Assembly: GCA_963668025.2 (NCBI GenBank)
Contig: CAXXTH010000018.1
Span: forward strand, 480,001-544,000
Reading direction: 5' to 3'
Origin: Candidatus Hydrogenedentota bacterium
GTDB lineage: Bacteria > Hydrogenedentota > Hydrogenedentia > Hydrogenedentales > SLHB01
DNA length: 64,000 bases
Under the pieces are notes generated by a model. The model was not told where the DNA came from. It ran no database searches and saw only the letters and a list, made by a program, of their open reading frames with translations. Position numbers and translations under genes: made by a program. Below, one piece after another: positions 31,701-41,612 of the stretch (positions within the stretch are counted from its first letter, which is position 1; each line of letters starts with the position of its first letter).

Positions 31701-32321
31701 CATTTTTTTAGAGAGGCTCGACCAATACTGATCGAACACCCACTGTTCAGTCTTGTCGCGCGCATCGAGCAGTTCCGTTAAGCCATGCGATTGGGCGGTG
31801 GCCACTAGAGCCGGAGTGATGATGATGCCGTCCAGCACGGACGCCATCGAAGTGGCTACATTCACCGTTTCATCCGCGCCGCCATCGGCATAAAGCTCCC
31901 GGGAAGCGCTATCAAAATTGAAAACGATGTATCCCTTGACCACGCCGGAAGCCTTGAAGATATCCACCAAATCCCATGTATCGAAAGCGCCCATATCGGT
32001 GATGCCTTTCGCGGCCACGATCTCATCGAAAAGCGATTTGCGATATTCATTGACGCCCGCCATATCGAGCCAAACCATGGTATCGCCCGCGCCTTCCCGG
32101 ACGCTCTTAGCGGCCAATCCGGCCAATGAGTTCAATAAATAAATCTGGGGCGCTTGGATGCCGCCCAGCGCATTCACATTGCGGGAACGGTACACTTTTT
32201 CCGGCGTGGGAAAACGGGGATACCAGGGATTCAAGGAGGAATCCGCTCTGGCGAGTAGAGAAATAAAACATATGAAAGACAGCAAAATAACAATGCGAAC
32301 CATGCGTACAGGCATCATCAT
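28725..32321 (-). CDS. Surface-anchored GxGYxYP hydrolase fused to FG-GAP-like propeller, DUF5011 Ig-like domain, Ca-binding repeats and sorting tail
   Basis: LSDGDA and GGGYFYP motifs; AVGD..G.EI repeats; APVITLLG...[15 protein letters not shown]; [12 protein letters not shown]; LPAAS-TM-RR tail. Confidence 0.85.
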   Translation of the reverse strand: MMMPVRMVRIVILLSFICFISLLARADSSLNPWYPRFPTPEKVYRSRNVNALGGIQAPQIYLLNSLAGLAAKSVREGAGDTMVWLDMAGVNEYRKSLFDEIVAAKGITDMGAFDTWDLVDIFKASGVVKGYIVFNFDSASRELYADGGADETVNVATSMASVLDGIIITPALVATAQSHGLTELLDARDKTEQWVFDQYWSSLSKKMALAQDPKLPSMRDYAIAMDAFCLFGVDAPTTAVYAAMEPNTPILGWNQGDENAQTRLATDYAHWNAANNHTSNLAFLSLLDPGVDFPMEQTHLNAQSHVDLSTLKWEQDVHYTSLILSDGDAFNLNMYFLNDTEQMYYQHRARGEFPFGWGTACASTFQTAAGNVRSLAEQATANDSHILVGGGYFYPERYGSKRADATFADHLEQMAPVLDAMDMRLYWNIYDASQWNSSAANVARAAVAQALPSLYGSFCIDYVPYNAGMGAIFWDGNGQGLDIPTFMARYAIWSNSGFANNGTPNAVAAMINNAEHTGAANSSGYFDWTVVHAWSFFKDGEEVPSGTPLAADISNGVERGYGAARWCARKLASHVRLVTPEALAWYARLHLRTQQTFGLFLEYAQADLDAAEYTAEVRAAFQSELDAFSAQAASLDYDSESEKAEYFIQFQNVWTRILGRDPYEGPTEPAPSVLVSSEDGGGTLRALDGNDLYTEYAKATGLPGVTAMAVAEIDEDSPGEEIILGRGDVLEIRSGQTLALLDSSTGHQQINSIAVGELDDANSGLEIVVGQTWTDGARDYGQLLVLAPGQPGIPLLDAHSWISLWYSMDAVAVGDFVGSNPGLEIFCAYVWDPATGGTQMSFNEYDPAGADAAARFPQLTFQNTEGPVTSFVAGDIVPDNPNEEVFTGTTTGRLTWWDADQVPGLLSDGNMFRGMAGPITALVAGDFIESTAGLEIVSASDGGNRIDLMTPTAVNLSPELAYRLGMGDAPAMAVGDAHDNAGLELVLLSASNNVVHIIDAQATDQDDSPLADITTRAGFTGLTGTAVYTFTPKDIIAPVITLLGDAVVRHAVGAAYVDAGADAADNRDGDITDSIVTSGADFDVNTLGTYTVRYNVSDAAGNAAVEVTREVIVTDDVDNDGLGDAWEIEHFGNLYQIATGDPDHDRRSNLQEYQEGTNPTVYDQPLPAASVMALAGLVLVLVAGIALELNVKGGRRVS

Positions 32322-32365
32322 AGCGTTCTCCTAAAATAATGTAAAAGAAAAAATACTCGCTTCTC

Positions 32366-32413
32366 GTAGCATGGCCGTCCCGGCCATGCGCATGGGCGGG
32401 ACGCCCATGCTAC
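32366..32413. repeat. GTAG-type REP inverted doublet
   Basis: GTAGCATGGCCGTCCCGGCCATG cg CATGGGCGGGACGCCCATGCTAC. Confidence 0.85.
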
Positions 32414-32496
32414 GGAAATGCAATATAGTTATAGTGATATGGAATGAACGCACGTGAACATATGGTATTTGCAAATATATTTACGGTAGTGGGAAT

Positions 32497-32532
32497 TACT
32501 GGGGCGCTCCGCATGGCGGAAGCGCCCCAGTA
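32497..32532 (-). terminator. GC-rich stem-loop downstream of the propeller gene
   Basis: TACTGGGGCGCTCCGC atg GCGGAAGCGCCCCAGTA; weak U-tract on the minus strand. Confidence 0.6.
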
Positions 32533-32558
32533 CTTTTAACCGGTTTGAGTGGAACTAT

Positions 32559-33995
32559 TTACTTGCGCAACCGGCGGCGGGCAACAACGCTCAAAGCACC
32601 GCCCAGCATCGCCATGCCCAATACGCTCAATGCTGGCAGTATATTCGCGGGCGTACTTAATGGATCCGTCGGATCCGAGCCTGCCGCGACTTCATCGCCG
32701 TCATCATACGTGTCGCCGTCCGTGTCGGGATTATTCGGGTCAGTTCCCGTGTCATCCGCGCTCACATACACGCCCGTGTCGGTTTCCACGGAGTCATACA
32801 GGCCATCACCGTCCGAATCCGTCTCGCCAGCCGCTGTGTAATCAATAACGGCAATCGCACCAGAACTCGAGAAATCAAATCCCGTGCGCGTCTGCAAGTC
32901 CGCCAGCGGGGCATTCTCTTGATCGGTGGCTTGGCCATCAATGACACGCAACGCGTTGTCCACCGTATCGAGGGCGATGATCTCGAGTCCGGCATTTGTG
33001 TTGACATCGCCAGCCGCCAACGCGAATACGCCCATGCCCGCGCGAAACACGAAGGAGGGGCTTAGATTGACCGCCTCGGGCGGCATGACATCCAGGCGCG
33101 TACCGTCAATCGAGGCCGATACGATCTCGGGGCCATCATTGGTATCAATAAAGTCGCCCGCCGCCAGCGCGGTGACATCACCGCCCATCCCGCGGAACAT
33201 GTTTCCATCAGATGTCGAGCCTGCGGGTTGATCGAAATCCCACCAGGTCAATCGCCCATTCGCGACGCCTGTGAAGACTTCCTCATTTGTATTACTCGAA
33301 ACTAATTCGCCTGCGACCAGGCTATGCACGGGGCCGTCGCTGTTGTTAAAGGAAAGCTGGACAAAGCGCTCGCCCGCGTTCGCGCCCGCAGGGTTATAAT
33401 CGTAGGCGCTGAACTGTGTGCCGCCTGTGCCTGTGTTCCACACATACGCAGCGAAAATTTCGAGGCCTTCGTTCGAACCTACGAAATCACCGACGGCCAC
33501 GGCGTCCATGGAATACCACATGTTGGTCCAGGAAAAAGCATCCAATAGGGGAATGCCCGCCTGGTCTGGATCCAGCACTAAGAGTTGTCCATAATCCGTG
33601 GTTCCGTCGTTCCAGGTCTGTCCAACAACAATCTCAGGACCGTCGTTGGTCTCATCCACATCGCCCACGGCGATGCTGTTAATCTGTTGATGGCCCGCAC
33701 TGCTCTTGAGGAGCGCATAGGTCTGGCTCGAACGGATCTCGAGCACATCGCCGCGCCCAATAATCAGTTCAGCGCCATCAGAAGTGGCGTCCACCTCCGC
33801 GACGGTGACCACGGTCACGCCCGCGAAATCCGTGGAAGTTTGGCTGTAAAGCTCATTAGTTAGATCGTTGCCATCCAGCGTGCGGAAGGTGCCCCCATTT
33901 TCGCTGGAAGCCACAAACACCGCGGGAGCGGCCATACTGGAACCGGCGGCCAAAACCATAACAAACATTACTATTAGTACCGGCATGTTCCTCAT
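32559..33995 (-). CDS. Surface-anchored FG-GAP-like beta-propeller protein with Ca-binding repeats and sorting tail
   Basis: RBS AAGGAG, signal peptide, about 7 [AV]GD-x5-G-x-EI repeats, DSDGDGLYD...[12 protein letters not shown], and LPALS-TM-RRRLRK tail. Confidence 0.8.
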   Translation of the reverse strand: MRNMPVLIVMFVMVLAAGSSMAAPAVFVASSENGGTFRTLDGNDLTNELYSQTSTDFAGVTVVTVAEVDATSDGAELIIGRGDVLEIRSSQTYALLKSSAGHQQINSIAVGDVDETNDGPEIVVGQTWNDGTTDYGQLLVLDPDQAGIPLLDAFSWTNMWYSMDAVAVGDFVGSNEGLEIFAAYVWNTGTGGTQFSAYDYNPAGANAGERFVQLSFNNSDGPVHSLVAGELVSSNTNEEVFTGVANGRLTWWDFDQPAGSTSDGNMFRGMGGDVTALAAGDFIDTNDGPEIVSASIDGTRLDVMPPEAVNLSPSFVFRAGMGVFALAAGDVNTNAGLEIIALDTVDNALRVIDGQATDQENAPLADLQTRTGFDFSSSGAIAVIDYTAAGETDSDGDGLYDSVETDTGVYVSADDTGTDPNNPDTDGDTYDDGDEVAAGSDPTDPLSTPANILPALSVLGMAMLGGALSVVARRRLRK

Positions 33996-34096
33996 ATCCT
34001 CTTCTCCTTTCTGGAACCCCTCGTTCCTCCAACTAATTACACATAACACTCCTCAGCACCAAACAATTGCATCATCGTTTCACGCGCGCTCTAGAA

Positions 34097-35116
34097 TTAA
34101 GCGCGCGTTGAAACCATGTCCCAAGAAGCGAACGTTTGCCGGACGTTTTCCGGCCTCGCACCCACTCCGAATTCACATTGGGCAATACATCCGCCGTTTT
34201 TCCAGAGCTTTTGGTAAATGTCTTTCACCGCACGGTCCACATCATCGAGCGAGCCTTCGGGCAAGATATGCTGGCGGTCGATCTCTCCCCAGAAGGTGAT
34301 ATGCCCGGCGAAAGGAGCCACTGTGTCCAGGCCCATGCAAAAGATTTGCGAGTTAATCGCATCCAGGCCCAGCTCGATGAGATCGGGGAAAACATCCGCC
34401 GTATACCCATCCGAATGCATGAAGATCTTTTTACCCGCCCCATGGGCGATCTGGATATAGTCGCGGTATAACGGCTTGAAGAAGGATTTCCACGTTTCTG
34501 GATTGATGAGCAAGCTTTGCTGCGAGCCCCAGTCATCCATGAACATGAGCGCATCCACATCCGTCGCCGCCCAGGCTTCGAGCAATTCACAGTAGAAGGC
34601 ATGCATTTCGCGCACGAACCGCTCCATGGCTTCTGGCGGAGCCATCAAGTCCATGTATAGATTCACCGTGCCGCGTAGAAATTGAAGCTGTTCGAAGGGG
34701 CGCGGGCAGCAGCCCGCCAGCATAAAACGCTCCGACTGGCCGCAAAACCGGTTGATCTGCTCCGGGTCGATGGTCAGCCATTCACGTGGGATATGCACCT
34801 TGCCGGTGTCTGCATCCCAATCCCCGATAAGCGGTTCTTTCACCTCGCCGATGACGCCGTCTTGGAGGTTTATAAATTCGCAGCCCCAGTCATCCACGAA
34901 TTTGCCTATGGCATACGGATCCCCGGAAGTGGCCGGAATCTCCCGGAGGTATCCTGGCACATGGATGATGTCATCCGGAAACTCCTGCTGTATCTTTTCT
35001 ACAGCGGGTCCGTGGTAGCGGGTCGCCCATGGCAGCAGCCATAATTGGCGCGGAGCACGCGCCGGATTGTTGAATTCAAGAGTCTGCAACACCAATTCAC
35101 GTGAGGTAGCGCTCAT
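34097..35116 (-). CDS. Uroporphyrinogen decarboxylase / MtaA-CmuA superfamily protein
   Basis: SRELVLQTLEF, VDDWGC, FEQLQFLRG, FMDDWGSQ, FMHSDG, FWGEIDRQ and PENV motifs. Confidence 0.85.
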   Translation of the reverse strand: MSATSRELVLQTLEFNNPARAPRQLWLLPWATRYHGPAVEKIQQEFPDDIIHVPGYLREIPATSGDPYAIGKFVDDWGCEFINLQDGVIGEVKEPLIGDWDADTGKVHIPREWLTIDPEQINRFCGQSERFMLAGCCPRPFEQLQFLRGTVNLYMDLMAPPEAMERFVREMHAFYCELLEAWAATDVDALMFMDDWGSQQSLLINPETWKSFFKPLYRDYIQIAHGAGKKIFMHSDGYTADVFPDLIELGLDAINSQIFCMGLDTVAPFAGHITFWGEIDRQHILPEGSLDDVDRAVKDIYQKLWKNGGCIAQCEFGVGARPENVRQTFASWDMVSTRA

Positions 35117-35154
35117 TCCTTGCGTTCCTTCTCGTTCAGCCCACAATCGTGATA

Positions 35155-36303
35155 TCAAGACACTCCTGAAGTGCGTGGCGCGCCAGCAAGCCCATTGCAC
35201 TTCAAAGAACCATTATATTTATCTATCATCTCATTCACTCGAAGCACGCGCTCAATCTCGCCCGTGGAAGAAAGCTCATCGGATATGCCCAACACCAGCT
35301 TCGGTGCAAACAGCTCTAGCAAACGCTCCACGCATGCATCCAGCGTTTCCACGGAATAGGTGTCGTCGAAATAAACGGCGGGGATGCCATCGAGTAGAAA
35401 GAGTTCATCCCCCAAGGCGTCCTTAATCTCTTCCAGTGTGACATCGCCTTGGGGCCAAGGAGTGATGGCCTCGATGCCATCCAGGCCTGTGTCTTTGGCG
35501 TAGGGGAGCAATGGGCGGCAATTGCCATCCCAATGGCTTAACACGAACTTGCCCGCCGCATGCAGCCGTTCGCACCGGCGCTGGCAGGCAGGTAAATGAT
35601 ATCGTTTGAACAACTCGGGAGAGAGCGTGCCCGAATGGACGTTTTCACCAAAATTGATGACCTCGATGGGGCAGGCATTGATGACCTCGATGAGCTGCTC
35701 ATGACTCTGTTCCAGTGCATCAAAAAAGGCCTCGACGGCGTCCGTCCATTCAAATAGGGCCATGACGCCCTGTTCAACGCCCATTTTTTCGAGATATAAG
35801 CTCTGCACATTCATGCGCGGCATGAACATGGTGGGTGCGCCCAGATCGCCCATTTCCGCCAGATGGTGTTCATACACCGCCTGGTCCCACGCCCACTGCG
35901 CATGTTCTTCGCGCCATGCCGCCACGCGAAGCTCTTCAACCGTAGAAACTTCCCATTTCACGTGCCGTGGAAACGGACTCGATGGATACGATTGCAGCAC
36001 TTCCAACTGGCGGCCCACCGGCGTATCGATGATGTGCTCGACACGCCCATCGCCCACGTCATGTAATTGATGAAGCACCCGCGCATCTTCGACGCGCCTG
36101 AAGCAGTCCGTGAATTCGTATAATCTTGCGGAACAGCCTAAAGCCCTGTAGAGTTCAAATAAGGTGAGGCCTGTATAGGGTTCCGGGAGCGGCTGCCCGG
36201 CGAAGACTTTATCGGTATGCCAGCACCCAATACGAGGCTGCCAAATGACTTGGCCGCCAGCCAGCCCACGAAGGACATCGAGATGCATCCGCGCCAGATC
36301 CAT
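35155..36303 (-). CDS. URO-D superfamily protein (divergent)
   Basis: IDTPVG, INFGEN, LSPELFKRY, SHWDGN, DGIEAITPWPQGD and LGISDE motifs. Start uncertain. Confidence 0.78.
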   Translation of the reverse strand: MDLARMHLDVLRGLAGGQVIWQPRIGCWHTDKVFAGQPLPEPYTGLTLFELYRALGCSARLYEFTDCFRRVEDARVLHQLHDVGDGRVEHIIDTPVGRQLEVLQSYPSSPFPRHVKWEVSTVEELRVAAWREEHAQWAWDQAVYEHHLAEMGDLGAPTMFMPRMNVQSLYLEKMGVEQGVMALFEWTDAVEAFFDALEQSHEQLIEVINACPIEVINFGENVHSGTLSPELFKRYHLPACQRRCERLHAAGKFVLSHWDGNCRPLLPYAKDTGLDGIEAITPWPQGDVTLEEIKDALGDELFLLDGIPAVYFDDTYSVETLDACVERLLELFAPKLVLGISDELSSTGEIERVLRVNEMIDKYNGSLKCNGLAGAPRTSGVS

Positions 36304-36396
36304 TTTCACGTGTTTCACAGGCTCCGCATAGGTACAATTACATACTTGGCAATAGAAATTGGTAGTATGCAGCGAGTTCTCCGTTTTGGTAGCAAC

Positions 36397-36480
36397 ATGG
36401 TAACATGTTAGCAGACAAAACGTCAAGGTATTTTTTAAGTTGACATGTAGCGGCTAACTTGGTACCATATTTATACCAAG
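36397..36480. promoter_or_regulatory. Back-to-back promoters sharing a GntR-type operator
   Basis: Plus strand TTGACA(36440)-17-TACCAT; minus strand TTGACG(36426)-18-TACCAT. Both carry GCTAAC[T/A]TG[G/T]TACCAT. CTTGGTA-N9-TACCAAG at 36458-36480. Confidence 0.7.
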
Positions 36481-36518
36481 AACACACCGGCTTGTAAGCT
36501 AGAGAGGCGCACACATCC

Positions 36519-37631
36519 ATGAAAGAAGATGCCGGCTATGAACTCATCAAGGCGTGGCTGCGGGAGCAAATTGATGGGGGGAAATATGCCGAAGGGGCAT
36601 TGCTGCCATCCGAGAATGAGCTTGCGGAACAATTTGGCGTCAACCGCAATCATAGCCGCCGCGCATTGCGCGAGCTCGCCGTCGAGGGATATGTCACGCG
36701 CTCCCAAGGCAGGCGTTCCTGTGTCGCACCATCCAGCAGCCGAGTCCGCCCGCTTCCCCTTTTCACGTCGGACATCGTTTCCATCGTGTTTCCCGTATTT
36801 CAGACGCTATTCTCCCGGACGATAGTCGAAGGATTCATGCGTTATGTGTCTGAACGAGGAATTCAATGCATCGCCTACAATATACAGATGGAGCCCGAGG
36901 CCGAATTGGCCTTTTTGCGCCAAGCGCCTGATCTCGGCGTGAAAGGGCTGGCGATATGGCTGCAACATGATACGCCAGAAACCCGCGAAGTGCTGCAAGG
37001 ATTGCATGAACGCCAATTCCCCGTCGTACTTTTCGATCGGTATCTCGAAGGAATTGATCTCGATCATGTAGTGACAAACAATGAAGAATTGGGCTACCGT
37101 CTGACCAAAGAACTCATACAAAGAGGGCACAAACGTATCGGCTTCATGACGGACTTGGAGTGCGTGTCCAGCATTATGAATCGGACAAAAGGGTATAAGC
37201 GCGCACTCGAGGAATCGGAACTCGAGTATCGCCAGGAATTCACCGCGCGCGTCGAGCCATTGAACGATGAAGCCGTCCGCCTCGAAATAAATGCCGTCAT
37301 GGGATACCGGAATCCGCCCACTGCATTCTTCTGCATCCATGATTACTTGGCGAAAAGCCTTGCAGACACCTTGCTTCAACTGGATTACCGGATTCCGGAA
37401 GATGTGGAAATCGCCGCCGTGGATGACGAGCACTACCCGGAAGAATTGGGAATTCCCATGCTCACGGCGGCCCAGCCTGGCTACGAGATGGGACGGCAAA
37501 CGGCTGAAGTCTTGCTGGCCCGCATTGAATCTCCCGGCCGGCCCGTGGAACAGCGCTCGCTTATGCCGAGTTTTGATAACGAACTTACAACCTATTCCAG
37601 CCAGCGTGTAGTGAAGCATATAACCAATTAG
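36519..37631 (+). CDS. GntR-HTH / LacI-type regulator (paralog of 10119-11288)
   Basis: LPSENELAEQFGVNRNHSRRAL; effector domain with VVTNN and PTAFFCIHD. Confidence 0.92.
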   Translation: MKEDAGYELIKAWLREQIDGGKYAEGALLPSENELAEQFGVNRNHSRRALRELAVEGYVTRSQGRRSCVAPSSSRVRPLPLFTSDIVSIVFPVFQTLFSRTIVEGFMRYVSERGIQCIAYNIQMEPEAELAFLRQAPDLGVKGLAIWLQHDTPETREVLQGLHERQFPVVLFDRYLEGIDLDHVVTNNEELGYRLTKELIQRGHKRIGFMTDLECVSSIMNRTKGYKRALEESELEYRQEFTARVEPLNDEAVRLEINAVMGYRNPPTAFFCIHDYLAKSLADTLLQLDYRIPEDVEIAAVDDEHYPEELGIPMLTAAQPGYEMGRQTAEVLLARIESPGRPVEQRSLMPSFDNELTTYSSQRVVKHITN

Positions 37632-37672
37632 CTTTCCGCCTTTCGAAAAGCTGAATCGAAAAGAGGTCTTCC

Positions 37673-40513
37673 ATGTCCAAAAAATACACTATGCATGTCA
37701 TATCCGGCGGGCACTGGGATCGGGAGTGGCGGCTCACCGCCACGCAGTCCAAATTGCGCTTGGCCCAGTTGGTGGACAATGTACTGGATATCCTCGAGCG
37801 GGAGCCTTCTTATAAATGCTTCTGTTTGGATGGCGGCGCGGTGGTGCTTGAAGACTATTTTTCGGTCCGCCCTGAAAACCAGGAACGCTTGAAGCGGCTC
37901 GTCGAGCAGAAACGCATCGATATCGTGCCGTGGTACACCCTGCCCGAGACCTTCACAGTAGCGCCCGAGTGCCTTATTCGCAATCTCCTGCTCGGTAAAA
38001 AAATGGCGGCGCAGTATGGCGGGGCGATGAAAGCCGGGTATACGGCCACTTCCTACGGCCAGACCTCGCAATTGCCACAGATCTATCGCGGATTCGGCAT
38101 CGAAACGGCCATCTTCTACCGGGGCATGAATAAATTCCAGCTTCCTTCCTTCTTCCAATGGGAAGGCAAAGACGGCTCGACGCTCTACGTGAAGCGCTGC
38201 ACGGATGAGTCCACGCGGGCCAATTGGCTGTTCTTCGTGTTTTATCCCGTCGTCATCGGCAAACGCGAAATCAATTTCGATTACACATTCAATCCCGCGC
38301 ATGAGCCGGTGCATATGTGCGACGAAGGACTGTACGAACGGCCGTTTTTGTTGGCAAAAGAAGATTATTCGTATAGCACCGACCACGATACCCTCGAATT
38401 CGCCGTGCAAAACATCATGAAGCAGGCCGTGCCCGACGCCGTGGGGCGCCATCTCACCGGCATGCATTTCGATGATAACGGCGAGCCATATGAATTCACG
38501 GCCCCGATGCTCGAGGCCCTGAACGCCGTCTCGCCGGATATGGAGATCATCCAGGACCGGTGGGATGAGTACATGGACACGCTGATCGCCGAGGCGAAAG
38601 ACCTCTTCGTCCACAAAGGCGAGCTACGGTATCCCGCGGTGATTCACGGGTTCAACGGACTGCTCGGCGCAACACATTCTTCCCGCGTGAAACTCAAGCT
38701 TTTGAATGAACAAGCGGAATCGCTGCTCACCCATCACGCGGAGCCGCTGGCCTCGATGGCCGCCATGCTGGGCTGGCGCTATCCCGAACTGCTGTTGGCG
38801 CAAGCCTGGCAGTCGCTGTTGCAGAATCATGCCCACGACAGCATCTGCGGCGCGGCGGTGGACCAAGCCCATGAAGACATGCTGTACCGCTTTTCGCAAG
38901 CCCGCTGCGTCGCGGAAGAAGTGGCGGCGGGCGGCTCCGTCGAGTTGTACAAGCACATCGACCTTTCGTGCTTCCAGCCCGGCGATTACACCATTACCGT
39001 GTTCAATACGCTGAACCAGCCGCGAAAGGCCATCCTGCCGGTATTCATCGACCTGCCCCGCCAAGTCACGGCAGGCGGCGGAGGCGATCCCTGCACCGGC
39101 CTGGGCGGCGGCGCGGCGCAGAACATCCATTATTACGACATCCTGGATGAACAGGGGCGGCAATGCACGTTTCACACCTTAAGCAAGGACGATGTCGTGG
39201 TGGGCGTCGAACGCGTGCTGGATACGCCGGCCCTGCAAATGCCCGCCAAGCGGCACCGCATCCTGCTTGAAGTGGATGCGCCGCCCATGGGATATGCATC
39301 CTATGCCCTGCGCCCGCGCGGACCGCGCTACATCGAGAAACCAGAAACACGTGGCGACCGCCCCCTCCTGGCGCGCGAGAATGGCGTTCTCGAAAACCAG
39401 TTCATGAAGGTAACGCTCAATCCAAACGGTACATTCGATATCGAGTCGAAAGTGACGGGGCGGCATTTCAAGAATTTGCACTACTTCACCGACAACGGGG
39501 AAGTGGGCAACGCCCATTTCTGCATTCCCCCCCAGCGCGACCGCGTGGTGTCGAGCATCGGCCTTTCCGCGCATATCCACATGCTCGAGGGCAACGAGCT
39601 CCGGGGCGTCATCGAGGTTTCGCTCAAGCTGCCCATTCCGAAGGCCGCTGCGCTCGATCAGGGAGATCGTCTTTCGGAACTGGTGGAGTTGCCAATCACC
39701 TACCGCCTCACGCTGGAAAAAGACTGCAAGTATCTAAAAATCCGCACACGCCTCAACAATCAAGCACGCGACCACAAGTTGAAAGTGAATTTCCCCACGG
39801 GCGTCGCCACGGATGAGGTTTCCGTGGAGAGTGCGTTCGCTGTCGAACAGCGCTGTATCCAATACACGGAATCGGGCGATAATTTCGAGAAATTCTTCCC
39901 GTACCAGCCGATGCAGAATTTCGTTGACCTGAGCGATGGGGAATCGGGTTTTGCTTTCCTGAATAAAGGCATGCGTGAGTATGAGATGAAAGACGACGCC
40001 GAACGCACGCTGGCTGTCACGCTGCTCCGGACCCATCGCGCGTACATGACCGCGAACAGCCAGATGACTCCAGACGAATTCGCCAAATATACCGGCCTCC
40101 ACAGCATCGGTGAACACGAATACCGGTACGCGCTTTATCCGCACGTTGGCGGCTGGGAACAAGGCGAAGTGCTGCAGGCCGCCTATGCGCATAAAGCGGA
40201 ACTGCGTGCGGTGCAAGGCGCGCCCAAGCCGGGCACACTGCCGCCAACGTTGTCCTTCATTGACGTGCAGCCCGCGGATGCGCTCATGGTGTCGGCGTTC
40301 AAACAATCGGAAGACGGCACAGGATTTATCTTGCGCATATGGAATACAGGCGGCAAGCTGGTGAACGCCACGCTCCAATTCGCACTGCCGGTGCGCACGG
40401 TGGAGCGGGTGATGCTGGATGAATCACCGGGAACGGATTTGCCCCTATGCGATGGGAAAGTCCGTTTTGACGCCACTCCGCACCAGATCGTGACACTCAA
40501 ATTGAGTGTTTAA
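37673..40513 (+). CDS. GH38 alpha-mannosidase-like protein (cytoplasmic)
   Basis: HWDREW, FCLDG, LIRNLLLG and QNHAHDSICG motifs; C-terminal SAFKQSEDG..ILRIWN; no signal peptide. Confidence 0.92.
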   Translation: MSKKYTMHVISGGHWDREWRLTATQSKLRLAQLVDNVLDILEREPSYKCFCLDGGAVVLEDYFSVRPENQERLKRLVEQKRIDIVPWYTLPETFTVAPECLIRNLLLGKKMAAQYGGAMKAGYTATSYGQTSQLPQIYRGFGIETAIFYRGMNKFQLPSFFQWEGKDGSTLYVKRCTDESTRANWLFFVFYPVVIGKREINFDYTFNPAHEPVHMCDEGLYERPFLLAKEDYSYSTDHDTLEFAVQNIMKQAVPDAVGRHLTGMHFDDNGEPYEFTAPMLEALNAVSPDMEIIQDRWDEYMDTLIAEAKDLFVHKGELRYPAVIHGFNGLLGATHSSRVKLKLLNEQAESLLTHHAEPLASMAAMLGWRYPELLLAQAWQSLLQNHAHDSICGAAVDQAHEDMLYRFSQARCVAEEVAAGGSVELYKHIDLSCFQPGDYTITVFNTLNQPRKAILPVFIDLPRQVTAGGGGDPCTGLGGGAAQNIHYYDILDEQGRQCTFHTLSKDDVVVGVERVLDTPALQMPAKRHRILLEVDAPPMGYASYALRPRGPRYIEKPETRGDRPLLARENGVLENQFMKVTLNPNGTFDIESKVTGRHFKNLHYFTDNGEVGNAHFCIPPQRDRVVSSIGLSAHIHMLEGNELRGVIEVSLKLPIPKAAALDQGDRLSELVELPITYRLTLEKDCKYLKIRTRLNNQARDHKLKVNFPTGVATDEVSVESAFAVEQRCIQYTESGDNFEKFFPYQPMQNFVDLSDGESGFAFLNKGMREYEMKDDAERTLAVTLLRTHRAYMTANSQMTPDEFAKYTGLHSIGEHEYRYALYPHVGGWEQGEVLQAAYAHKAELRAVQGAPKPGTLPPTLSFIDVQPADALMVSAFKQSEDGTGFILRIWNTGGKLVNATLQFALPVRTVERVMLDESPGTDLPLCDGKVRFDATPHQIVTLKLSV

Positions 40514-40538
40514 GTTTTCATACTATTTGTGCCCGAAC

Positions 40539-40653
40539 GTAGCATGGGCGTCTAGCCCATGAAGTAGTGGTTATCAGCATATGCCTCATGGGCGAGACGC
40601 CGATGAAGCAGTAGTTATCAGCGCACGCCTCATGGGCGAGACGCCCATGCTAC
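40539..40653. repeat. REP cluster: three REP units with a 44-bp tandem duplication
   Basis: GTAGCATGGGCGTCTAGCCCATG, then ATGAAG[T/C]AGT[G/A]GTTATCAGC..GCCTCATGGGCGAGACGCC twice, ending CATGCTAC. Lies between convergent genes. Confidence 0.85.
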
Positions 40654-40661
40654 GAATTAGG

Positions 40662-41612
40662 TTACGACTCCATATTTGCAGGATATAACGCTGTAATAAA
40701 ATCGAGCAGGGCTTGGTTCACGGCATCACGCTCATAATCAAAAAACAGATGATGATTGGAGCGCGAAAACACCTGGCATTCTTTGTGGGAACTGGGCATC
40801 GCGTCCACGGCGCTTCGGGCGGCTTCCGGTGAAGCGGCGGCGTCACCTGCAGCCAGCAGCAACAAGACGGGGCAATCGATTTTCGCAAGCGTTTCACGCG
40901 AACCCGCACGCCGCCCCAGCTCGGTAAGGACACATGCGGCGCGTGTGGGAACCCAAACGTAGCTCACGATGCTGTTTTTCGCTTCGCGCCGGTTCACCTG
41001 CAAAAACAGCTTGCCTTTATATAGCCACCGGATGAATGGCGCGCTGATATCGAGCCAGGTTTCCGGCGGCAGCACGTAATACCACCGTTTGGTGACGCCG
41101 AAATAGGGCGCAGCCAATACCAGTCCATCCACGTGCGATTCCGAAGCAGCCAGTGCCGCCAGCGCGCCCCCCATGGAATGGCCCGCCAGTACAACGGTTC
41201 CGTATCGGGCGCGCAACGCCGCCAGTTCCACACGCACCGCATCCAGAAAGGCATCCGCGGAGACCTGTTCGAGGTCGCGCGGGCTTGTGCCGTGGCCCGG
41301 CAACAGCATAACGCGCACCCGCCAGCCTTGCTCCGCCAGCAAGCGCGGCGCATCGCCAAAATTCTGGCCGCATCCCACGAAGCCATGAATGAAGAGGGCG
41401 GCGCATGGCGCATCTTCCGGCCCCAACTCCTGGGGCGCGGCTCCAACAAGCAAACCCGACGCCGCATCGCGCGCGGCGGCCTGGTCCGCCTTTTCCACCA
41501 AATGCTCCGCCATCATGGCGCATCCCGCATACCCGCTCGCGGCCAGGATGCATATCCATGCCGCATGCTTGAAGAAGCGTAGACGCCGCCCCGGCGCGGC
41601 GTTAGTCTCCAT
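40662..41612 (-). CDS. Alpha/beta hydrolase (carboxylesterase/lysophospholipase-like)
   Basis: FIHGF, LPGHG, GHSMGG, GD and SNHHL motifs; N-terminal TM or signal peptide. Confidence 0.9.
   Translation of the reverse strand: METNAAPGRRLRFFKHAAWICILAASGYAGCAMMAEHLVEKADQAAARDAASGLLVGAAPQELGPEDAPCAALFIHGFVGCGQNFGDAPRLLAEQGWRVRVMLLPGHGTSPRDLEQVSADAFLDAVRVELAALRARYGTVVLAGHSMGGALAALAASESHVDGLVLAAPYFGVTKRWYYVLPPETWLDISAPFIRWLYKGKLFLQVNRREAKNSIVSYVWVPTRAACVLTELGRRAGSRETLAKIDCPVLLLLAAGDAAASPEAARSAVDAMPSSHKECQVFSRSNHHLFFDYERDAVNQALLDFITALYPANMES

Noticed and set aside
34097-36303. hemE assignment
   Set aside because: Lacks the HemE N-terminal MRQAGR motif and has no heme-pathway neighbours.
40539-40653. 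Possible mini-CRISPR array
   Set aside because: Spacers are near-identical, the first unit is inverted, units match the dispersed REP, and no cas genes are present.
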